A DNA stretch of 53,061 nucleotides from Candidatus Woesebacteria bacterium. GTDB taxonomy: Bacteria; Patescibacteriota; Microgenomatia; UBA1400; UBA12028. The stretch is from the NCBI GenBank assembly GCA_018060955.1, contig JAGOVC010000002.1:1-53061 (forward strand), given 5' to 3'. The notes below the pieces were generated by a model, which made no database searches, had not been told where the DNA came from, and worked only from the letters and a program-made list of their open reading frames with translations. The translations under genes and the position numbers were made by a program. Shown here piece after piece: positions 46,524 to 53,061 of the stretch (positions within the stretch are counted from its first letter, which is position 1; the number at the start of each line of letters is the position of its first letter).

Positions 46524-46655
46524 ATGGCAGATCAGGGAGAGTACTTATCAGGTGCAGTCGATGCAAATGGCATGATTGGCTTATCTGCTAAACAAGAACA
46601 AGCTGATCAGGATCGGGCGATTGCTGAGGATCAAAAAAAATATAAGGGAAAATAG
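46524..46655 (+). CDS. possible 43-aa protein (below the ORF-track cutoff)
   Basis: Own translation: MADQGEYLSGAVDANGMIGLSAKQEQADQDRAIAEDQKKYKGK. TGA-TATACT lies at 46489-46494 and GAAAGGG precedes the ATG. Confidence 0.3.
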   Translation: MADQGEYLSGAVDANGMIGLSAKQEQADQDRAIAEDQKKYKGK

Positions 46656-46672
46656 GTCTTGCATTATCTACA

Positions 46673-47071
46673 GTGGATCGAAAACTGCAACAAGCCAAAG
46701 AACTAAGAGATAGTGCCACTAGTGTGGAAGAGAAAGCGCAATTTGCTGCTGAAGCCGAACGCTTAGCTAAAATGATGACAGTTTTGGAATTAGATACAGG
46801 CTTGACCTCTCAAATGATCGAAAGAAGGCAAAAACAAGGAGTACATACGATGACTGCTGCATACGCAGAAAAGTATGGTTCTAGTATTAAAGAGAGTATG
46901 TGGAAATCATTGAGCCTGACTGAAGCTATTGATAAAGTTGCAGATGCCTGGAAGAAAGAAAAGGAAACACATAAGGATGATCCCGCCTATCTTACCCAAA
47001 GAGAAAAAGCATTTAATGATGCAAGAATATTGCTAATGCAACTACAAATGGCAGAGTTAACGATCCGGTGA
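46673..47071 (+). CDS. hypothetical helical protein (GTG start)
   Basis: 132-aa ORF, charged and helical. No motif recognised. Confidence 0.45.
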   Translation: MDRKLQQAKELRDSATSVEEKAQFAAEAERLAKMMTVLELDTGLTSQMIERRQKQGVHTMTAAYAEKYGSSIKESMWKSLSLTEAIDKVADAWKKEKETHKDDPAYLTQREKAFNDARILLMQLQMAELTIR

Positions 47072-47220
47072 ATCTTCTAACAAACTATTGAACGAAATAT
47101 TAGAGAAATAGGTTCCTGTTCGTTAACAGGCGAAATAAGAGGAAATGATTAACCTAATCTTGCCTTTAGGGACATCGCTGTAAATAGTTTATGGCTTGAG
47201 AACTCTGATAAAATCATTCA

Positions 47221-47757
47221 ATGTGGAAAATACTTAAGACTTCAGTTTTATTTGATCATCCCAGAATTACTCTTTTAGAGGATGAAATTGAGCTTCCAAA
47301 CGGCTCTCACACAAAGTATCTAAAGTTTCAAAATAAGGGTGACGGATCAGATATTATTGCTATTCGTGACGACGGCAAGATACTCCTAGTTAAAGAATAT
47401 AATCATCCAGTAGAAAAAGAGCTTTGGCAGTTTCCCGGTGGTTTTATCGATAACGGTGAAACTCACGAACAAGCCGCAATAAGGGAGCTTATTGAAGAGG
47501 GGGGATATTTAGCAGATACCTGGGAAACACTAGGCTACCAGCACATCTATCGTCGGCGCATTTCCGAAATGTCTTGGGTCCATATCGCAACGCAACTGCA
47601 TGAAGTTGAACGGACTATAGAGAATTCAGAGCAAGGAATGACAACTCACTGGTTTGGCGAAGACGAAATTGATGCAATGATTGCAAACGGAGAGATTACA
47701 GCAGGGGACACATTAGCAATTTGGGCAATCTATAAGGCACACAAACAACAGAAATAG
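47221..47757 (+). CDS. NUDIX hydrolase (ADP-ribose pyrophosphatase-like)
   Basis: Nudix box PGGFIDNGETHEQAAIRELIEEGGY. TGA-TAAAAT (47209-47214) lies 6 nt upstream of the ATG. Confidence 0.8.
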   Translation: MWKILKTSVLFDHPRITLLEDEIELPNGSHTKYLKFQNKGDGSDIIAIRDDGKILLVKEYNHPVEKELWQFPGGFIDNGETHEQAAIRELIEEGGYLADTWETLGYQHIYRRRISEMSWVHIATQLHEVERTIENSEQGMTTHWFGEDEIDAMIANGEITAGDTLAIWAIYKAHKQQK

Positions 47758-47831
47758 ACACAGTGCTATAGTCATCATCTTTGACTTACAGAGAAATCGC
47801 TTAATCGATCTTCATTTGTTATCATTACGTT

Positions 47832-48260
47832 ATGAAAACAATCAACACATGGATAAATTTTAACGGGAATGCACTAGAGGCGTTTACCTTTTATAAATCG
47901 GTATTCGGCGGAGAGTTTACAAAAGTGGTGCATTTCAAAGATATCGCTACTGAGGAATTCCCAGTGGCACTCAATGAAGAAAATAAGATCATGTATATTG
48001 CGTTACCGATGGGTACAAACTCGATGTTGATCGCCAACGATGTCCCAGAGGTCTTAGGGAAAGTAAATGAACACGAGAATCGAAGCAAAATATTGGTGAG
48101 TGCAGATAGCAAAGAAGAGGCAGATCGAATATTTAGTGGTCTATCGGTTGGAGGCGAAGTAGAAGGCTCAATGGGAGACAGTCCCTGGGGAACCTATGCA
48201 GGTATGTTTCGAGATAAATACGGCATAGAGTGGATGATTGAATTTTCTCCTACAGCTTAA
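47832..48260 (+). CDS. VOC/glyoxalase-fold protein (PhnB/YjdN-like)
   Basis: INFNGNALEAFTFYKSVFGGEF...PWGTYAGMFRDKYGIEWMI. TGT-TATCAT (47820-47825) lies 6 nt upstream of the ATG. Confidence 0.75.
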   Translation: MKTINTWINFNGNALEAFTFYKSVFGGEFTKVVHFKDIATEEFPVALNEENKIMYIALPMGTNSMLIANDVPEVLGKVNEHENRSKILVSADSKEEADRIFSGLSVGGEVEGSMGDSPWGTYAGMFRDKYGIEWMIEFSPTA

Positions 48261-48411
48261 ATCAGGCTTCAAACGCTATCCCAATTCCTGAATTGCTTGA
48301 ATCCAATTCCAAAGATTAAGCCAAAATGGCTAGTGAGACCCAGCTTTTGTAAACTGCATTGGATGGATCGCTTTCCCTTTTATTTTTCCAACATTTCATT
48401 ATAATTAAATC

Positions 48412-48579
48412 ATGTCTAAATCTTCTTCTGGTGCTATTTACGGAATGGGTCTCATCGGGGCCTTGTTCTATAACATGCAGTATGCTGATAGCTTTAAAGA
48501 AGTGCTCTGGGGACTCTTCAAGACACTTTTTTGGCCAGCATTTCTCATTTACCAGGTCTTTTCCCGCCTGCAAGCTTAA
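48412..48579 (+). CDS. 55-aa small membrane protein (below the ORF-track cutoff)
   Basis: Own translation: MSKSSSGAIYGMGLIGALFYNMQYADSFKEVLWGLFKTLFWPAFLIYQVFSRLQA. TATAAT (48400-48405) lies 6 nt upstream of the ATG. I prefer this over the two overlapping 90-100-aa track ORFs. Confidence 0.5.
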   Translation: MSKSSSGAIYGMGLIGALFYNMQYADSFKEVLWGLFKTLFWPAFLIYQVFSRLQA

Positions 48580-48791
48580 TGACGCTACCTGGATCTGGGA
48601 GTTTAAGAGTGCAAGCAAACTCGTGATTTAGTAGTGATCGTTTTAATTCATGTGTTCTCTGCAAATTCGAAACTCCTTTTTAGAATTAAAGTCTATCTGT
48701 AATACTGCAATGCTATTTTCATGGTTCCGGCTTCATTTGATACAATAGTTACAAGATTATCGTGAATGTGACAATTTGAAAGACGATACCC

Positions 48792-49094
48792 ATGTCTACC
48801 ATAAAAATTTCCAGTGGAGTCGTACATAGTGTGCCAGCTGATTTACGGGGAGCACTGACTTCTGATTCCAAAGCCTTAGGATTGTGGGAAGGACTTACTC
48901 CACTTGCGCGAAATGAATGGATTTGTTGGGTTACATTTGTCAAGAAAAAAGAAACACGCCAGGAACATGTGGGAAGAGTAGTCATGCAACTGAAAGAAGG
49001 GAAACGTCGTCCTTGTTGCTGGCTCGGTTGTACTCATCGTACAGATAAAGCAATCAGTCCATCAGTGCAAGCAATTTTAAAAAGACGCAAATAA
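48792..49094 (+). CDS. YdeI/OmpD-associated family protein
   Basis: LTPLARNEWICWVTFVKKKETRQEHVGRVVMQLKEGKRRPCCWLGCTHR. Confidence 0.7.
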   Translation: MSTIKISSGVVHSVPADLRGALTSDSKALGLWEGLTPLARNEWICWVTFVKKKETRQEHVGRVVMQLKEGKRRPCCWLGCTHRTDKAISPSVQAILKRRK

Positions 49095-49150
49095 CCATGC
49101 GCTTGGATAATACCAACATTTTCCTACATTATCAGAGATAAGGTATCACT

Positions 49151-49762
49151 ATGTGTACACCCATTGTTTCAGCTGGAATGGCTATTTCGCTTGACGGTTT
49201 TACTGCAGGGATTAATCAGAGTTTTGATCATCCGTTTGGAGAAAACTTCGATGTTAATCTGTTACGGAGTTGGATGTTTGAAGAGCCGGAAAAAAAGAGT
49301 CATACAACCGAAATTGAGGCAATCCTGGATGCAGGAGCTTTCATCATGGGAAGCAATATGTTTGGCCCAAAGGATCGAAGAAATACCCCAGAATGGAGAG
49401 GATGGTGGGGTGAAACTCCTCCCTATCACGCACCTGTCTTTGTACTCTCCCACACGAAACGAGATCCGATGGTGATGGAAGGTGGTACAACCTTCTTCTT
49501 TATAACCGATGGAATTGAATCCGCATTAGAACAAGCAAAAGCCGCTGCAGGAGATCGCAATGTAAAAATTAATGGAGGTGCCGCGACACTCAATCAATAT
49601 CTCCAAGCACGATTAGTGGATGAACTCTGGTTACATATCCTCCCCGTCACAATCGGAGCAGGGACGCGATTATTTGACGGTGTCACCAATCTTTCCTTAA
49701 AGCCTGTTGCTATCAGTGGAACGAGTCTCGTTACGCATATCCGTTACGAAGTAAAAAAGTAA
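49151..49762 (+). CDS. dihydrofolate-reductase-family (RibD C-terminal domain) protein
   Basis: ISLDGF..., INGGAATLNQYLQARLVDELWLHILPVTIGAGTRLFDG. Confidence 0.75.
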   Translation: MCTPIVSAGMAISLDGFTAGINQSFDHPFGENFDVNLLRSWMFEEPEKKSHTTEIEAILDAGAFIMGSNMFGPKDRRNTPEWRGWWGETPPYHAPVFVLSHTKRDPMVMEGGTTFFFITDGIESALEQAKAAAGDRNVKINGGAATLNQYLQARLVDELWLHILPVTIGAGTRLFDGVTNLSLKPVAISGTSLVTHIRYEVKK

Positions 49763-49877
49763 GAAATCTTCCAGTAACACCTTGATAATCTGAACGCACT
49801 GACAACGGTTTTTCACTGTTGTGATTTATATCACCTTGCGTCAAACTAAGAGAAATTTGTAATCGAAAGGGAGTCCT

Positions 49878-50258
49878 ATGGCCAAATACGTTGATGGTTT
49901 CATCCTTGTAGTTCCAAACGACAAGGCAGAGGAATATAAGAAAATGGCAGAATCTGGCAGAGATTCATGGATGAAACATGGTGCAATCGGATACTTTGAA
50001 TGCCGTGGTGATGACATGGCTCCGCAAAAAATGGAAAGTGAATCTACTCGACCATTTCCAGAAATGGCTGGTGCCAGTAGTACGGAGACCGTCTGGTTTT
50101 CCTTTATCATCTTCAACTCAAAAGTAGATCGAGACAGAGTGAATGCAAAAGTCATGGCAGAGATGGGCGCTCAAATGCAAGAGTACCAAAATGTTCCGAT
50201 GCCTTTTACCATGAACAAAATGGCTTATGGTGGATTTCAAGTAGAAGTAGAAGGCTAG
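49878..50258 (+). CDS. DUF1428-domain protein
   Basis: MAKYVDGFILVVPNDKAEEYKKMAESGRDSWMKHGAIGYFECRGDD. SD GGGAG is present. Confidence 0.75.
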   Translation: MAKYVDGFILVVPNDKAEEYKKMAESGRDSWMKHGAIGYFECRGDDMAPQKMESESTRPFPEMAGASSTETVWFSFIIFNSKVDRDRVNAKVMAEMGAQMQEYQNVPMPFTMNKMAYGGFQVEVEG

Positions 50259-50294
50259 TCAACCGATGACTGCCTTGCCTGTTACAATGGCTTG

Positions 50295-50927
50295 ATGTCG
50301 ACTTTATTTCTAACATCTAACTTCTTTTCGGTGGCGACAGCAATCAATGGATTGCTTGATCCGAGCTTGCGTCGATCACGAGCACTTTTTATTACAACCG
50401 CTGCTGAGGCTGAAGTAGGGGACAAAACGTGGTTAAACGACGATCGGCAAGCCTTGCGGGGACTGGGGTTTGAAGTATCGGATTATACCCTTACTGGAAA
50501 AACTGTAGAGGATTTTTCCAATGATCTTGCTGATATTCATGTAGTGCTTGTTTCTGGGGGGAATGTATTTTATTTGCTAGAAAAAGCACAGGAATCAGGG
50601 TTCATTTCATTCATACAGGATTTTGTGTCGAAACCAGGGAACATCTATATCGGTTCCAGTGCCGGTGCGGTGATCACCGGGCCAGATATTCAACCGTTCG
50701 CCGTTCTAGATTCACCATCCGCAGCACCACACCTTCGTAACACCAAAGGGTTTTGTTTTACGGATCTTACACTATTTGTTCACTGGGGTAGCGAAAACTT
50801 TAAGCAGGCCTATCTACAAGGAATGGAAACCATTTATCAGGAAGTGGGAAAATCAGTTCTTCTGACCAATCAGCAATTTTTGCATCTTAACGACGGTGTG
50901 TATTCCATTTACCACGTAGGTCTTTGA
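50295..50927 (+). CDS. peptidase E / S51-family (type 1 glutamine amidotransferase-like) protein
   Basis: VSGGNVFYLLEKAQESGF...IGSSAGAVI. TGT-TACAAT (50283-50288) lies 6 nt upstream of ATG 50295. Confidence 0.7.
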   Translation: MSTLFLTSNFFSVATAINGLLDPSLRRSRALFITTAAEAEVGDKTWLNDDRQALRGLGFEVSDYTLTGKTVEDFSNDLADIHVVLVSGGNVFYLLEKAQESGFISFIQDFVSKPGNIYIGSSAGAVITGPDIQPFAVLDSPSAAPHLRNTKGFCFTDLTLFVHWGSENFKQAYLQGMETIYQEVGKSVLLTNQQFLHLNDGVYSIYHVGL

Positions 50928-50940
50928 TATACTCAAGGAT

Positions 50941-51111
50941 ATGGCGCTAAATCGAGAATGGCATCTCCAAAATAAAATGCCAAAAAATCCCACCAAAGAT
51001 CAGCGAATATTCTGGCATCGCAATCATGCTCAACATTGTGATTGTCGAAAGATGCCAAGTTCAATCCAAGTAGAAATTGAAAAACAAACTCAAAAAGAGG
51101 AATCGTCATGA
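50941..51111 (+). CDS. 56-aa His/Cys-containing small protein (below the ORF-track cutoff)
   Basis: Own translation: MALNREWHLQNKMPKNPTKDQRIFWHRNHAQHCDCRKMPSSIQVEIEKQTQKEESS. TGA-TATACT (50928-50933) lies 7 nt upstream of the ATG, and the stop overlaps the next start (ATGA at 51108-51111). Confidence 0.45.
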   Translation: MALNREWHLQNKMPKNPTKDQRIFWHRNHAQHCDCRKMPSSIQVEIEKQTQKEESS

Positions 51112-51665
51112 ACCGGTATGCAATCTTGCTTCGTGGGATTAATGTAGGTGGCAAAAATAAAATGCCAATGGCCAAGCTAAAAATCTTCTTAGAAGAATTA
51201 GGATGTCAGAATGTTCGACCTTATATTCAGAGTGGCAATGTGATTGTCGACTCTCCCGATGGTACAAAAAAACTAACCCAACGCATCGAAGAAGGGCTTA
51301 CAACAACTTTTTCACTCGATAGCTCGATCATTAAAACCTTAGTGCTTACTCCAGATGCGTTATCGCAAGTGGTTGAGAACCGACCGCCACAGTTTGGAAA
51401 TAAGCCTGATACCTATCATAGCGACGTCATTTTCTTGATTGGAATTTCTGCAATCGATGTCAAAGAGTATTTTCACCCCAAAGAGGGGGTAGATTCGATT
51501 TGGTTTGGAGACAAGGTTGTGTATTCGCAACGGCTGAGTGCAAAACGGACGCAAAGCAGACTTAGCCGGATTGTTGGCACTCCTGTCTATGCATCAATGA
51601 CCATCCGAAATTGGAATACGACAATGAAGCTTCTTCACATGATCAAAGAATCATCGTTAAAGTAG
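51108..51665 (+). CDS. DUF1697-domain protein
   Basis: MNRYAILLRGINVGGKNKMPMAKLKIFLEELGCQNVRPYIQSGNVIV. Confidence 0.85.
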   Translation: MNRYAILLRGINVGGKNKMPMAKLKIFLEELGCQNVRPYIQSGNVIVDSPDGTKKLTQRIEEGLTTTFSLDSSIIKTLVLTPDALSQVVENRPPQFGNKPDTYHSDVIFLIGISAIDVKEYFHPKEGVDSIWFGDKVVYSQRLSAKRTQSRLSRIVGTPVYASMTIRNWNTTMKLLHMIKESSLK

Positions 51666-51719
51666 AGTCGTGATGCTTCTCACTGACAGAATCAGTCGTA
51701 CTAGATAGGCTATTGGCAT

Positions 51720-52091
51720 ATGACATCAAAAGTACTCGTTAAAATCGTTTGCTGGGGATTTTCTTTGTGGCTAATAGGCTACCTTTTAGGGATTCTTTTT
51801 TTCATGATCGCTCCCCCCGGTTTGATTGGCTGGTTGATCATGCCAATCGGAGTATTGTTTACGGTGTGGGTGTTGTGGACGAAGTTTCGCGAGGAACTTT
51901 CTACGCAAGCAGTTTGGATGGGAGTCATTTGGATGCTACTGGCGATACTTCTGGACTATTTTTTCCTTGTTAAGGTTTTTAAACCAGAAGATGGCTACTA
52001 CAAGCTGGATGTATATCTGTACTATGGAAGCACGCTCGTCCTCCCATTTATTGCCTCACGAGTGCAGCAGTCACATAAAAGACTAGGATGA
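51720..52091 (+). CDS. hypothetical membrane protein
   Basis: 123-aa ORF with four hydrophobic helices. Confidence 0.5.
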   Translation: MTSKVLVKIVCWGFSLWLIGYLLGILFFMIAPPGLIGWLIMPIGVLFTVWVLWTKFREELSTQAVWMGVIWMLLAILLDYFFLVKVFKPEDGYYKLDVYLYYGSTLVLPFIASRVQQSHKRLG

Positions 52092-53061
52092 GAGCGCAGA
52101 ATCTGTGATGATACTTACTTGCGAGAGGAGATCCGGAGTCCAACGCGTTAAACGCTGAGAGGGTAGTAACAGTACCCGACTTGGGTTTAATTCACTCACG
52201 AATTCTTCTGTATGACTGACAAGTAATAGAGTGCCCGTGTATGCTTTGAGCGCCTCTAATATGACCCGCTGGCTTAACACATCTAAGTAGGTGGTAGGTT
52301 CATCTAACACTAAAACGTTGTAGGGATGTGTCATCAACATCGCAATGGAAAGTCTGGTTTTTTCCCCTCCAGATAATGTACCAACTCGTTGTTTCAATCG
52401 TTCGGGATCAAAGAGGAAACGACGCAAGAACGCGGGAATCTTATCTGCAGGAATCGTCTGCTCAGAAAGCAATGTCTCAAAGATAGTTTGCTTGTCATTT
52501 AATGTCTGACTTTCCTGGGAGTAGTACCCTAATAATAATGCGTCACTTGCAATGATCGAACCTTCATCGGGAGCAAGCGATCCAGTCAGCATTTTAATTA
52601 AGGTAGTCTTCCCGACACCATTGGGTCCAATGAGGGCAAAACGTTCACCGCGAAGTAGCTCAAAGGATAAATCCGAAATAATGCTACGGTTCTCAAATGA
52701 CTTAGAAAGGTGTGCGGCACGCAAGGGTACCTGCCCAATCGGAGATGGCTCTGGAAATTTTGCCTTAAAGGTTTTCAGCTCCGTTGGCAGTTCCGGCAAT
52801 TTATCTTTTAAGCGTTCGATTTTTCGTTCTTGCATCACACGTTGATGGACACCTTTTTTTGAAGTGAACTTACGTAAATTTACCAGCCCTTTTTCCATCC
52901 GGGTAATGTGTTTCTGTTCATTGAGTACTTTGCGTGTCAGGAGCCGGTCTTTTTGCGATTTTAACTTCACGAAAGCGGAATAGTTTCCCGTATATGCGTC
53001 GATGGTATGGGAATGAGGATCTAAGAATAACACTTGCTGGATGTGGCGGTCTAACAGCTGC
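52083..53061 (-). CDS. ABC-F family ATP-binding protein (partial, 5' end outside window)
   Basis: Second ABC cassette: Walker A GPNGVGKTTLIKML, signature LSGGEKTRLSIA, Walker B LVLDEPTTYLD, with the inter-domain linker upstream. The frame stays open to the window edge, and the track start at 53033 is an internal GTG. Confidence 0.8.
   Translation of the reverse strand, partial: QLLDRHIQQVLFLDPHSHTIDAYTGNYSAFVKLKSQKDRLLTRKVLNEQKHITRMEKGLVNLRKFTSKKGVHQRVMQERKIERLKDKLPELPTELKTFKAKFPEPSPIGQVPLRAAHLSKSFENRSIISDLSFELLRGERFALIGPNGVGKTTLIKMLTGSLAPDEGSIIASDALLLGYYSQESQTLNDKQTIFETLLSEQTIPADKIPAFLRRFLFDPERLKQRVGTLSGGEKTRLSIAMLMTHPYNVLVLDEPTTYLDVLSQRVILEALKAYTGTLLLVSHTEEFVSELNPSRVLLLPSQRLTRWTPDLLSQVSIITDSALSS

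Noticed and set aside
46367-46591. 74-aa ORF (non-ATG start)
   Set aside because: It has no start context and is Trp/Phe/Ser-rich with low-complexity composition. A promoter-like TATACT inside it points to the downstream 43-aa ORF instead.
48846-48853. CGGGGAGC, an 8-mer shared with the tRNA-Asn 3' end, as a possible island attR
   Set aside because: Only 8 nt match, which is expected by chance in 53 kb, and it lies inside the YdeI-family coding sequence.
50933-51175. 80-aa minus-strand ORF
   Set aside because: It overlaps the starts of two plus-strand genes. The plus-strand 56-aa ORF, with a -10 box and ATGA coupling to the DUF1697 gene, is the better model.
1-53061. Search for CRISPR arrays, rRNA, integrases/transposases and long inverted repeats
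   Set aside because: None found by eye. The only significant repeats are the paralogous Ser tRNA arms, the 17-nt pair flanking the T-box cassette and the tandem domain duplication in the hydrolase.

Overview
Bacterial chromosomal window with no rRNA, CRISPR array, transposase or integrase visible. The gene style (short packed genes, many signal-peptide or TM orphans, shortened UvrC and Lon, monomeric B12-type RNR, little biosynthesis) suggests a small-genome uncultivated lineage, possibly Patescibacteria/CPR-like. Taxonomy cannot be established from this sequence alone. Positions 1-37.8 kb are mostly core genes: two Ser-type tRNAs, a UvrD-like helicase-nuclease, typA, ddl, uvrC, a transglutaminase-like protein, a nadD-like gene, dnaG-Nudix-rpoD, a Lon-like AAA+ protein, nrdR-nrdJ with NrdR boxes, rpsO-pnp, a 1488-aa three-module glycoside hydrolase, a fasciclin lipoprotein and a MarR regulator. 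At tRNA-Asn (37818-37892) the content switches to an AT-richer accessory region. It opens with a 976-aa PHP-phosphoesterase/SMC-like ABC ATPase fusion, the architecture I recall for the single-gene Ppl anti-phage system. Next comes what I read as a T-box riboswitch driving an orphan 355-aa protein plus an M20 amidohydrolase; this cassette is bracketed by a 16/17-identical 17-nt direct repeat. About 20 small stand-alone genes follow (DUF4287, DUF5661, DUF5679, Nudix, VOC, YdeI, RibD_C, DUF1428, S51, DUF1697), many with a -10 box 6-7 nt from the ATG, which suggests leaderless mRNAs. The T-box cassette is my best candidate for something undescribed. Other oddities are a well-folded Ser-type tRNA with anticodon ACU, a C8 homopolymer frameshift, a GC-rich patch with an orphan membrane protein, an RGG tail on PNPase and an ATPase-only Lon. 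All family calls come from motif reading by eye, since no database search was possible.
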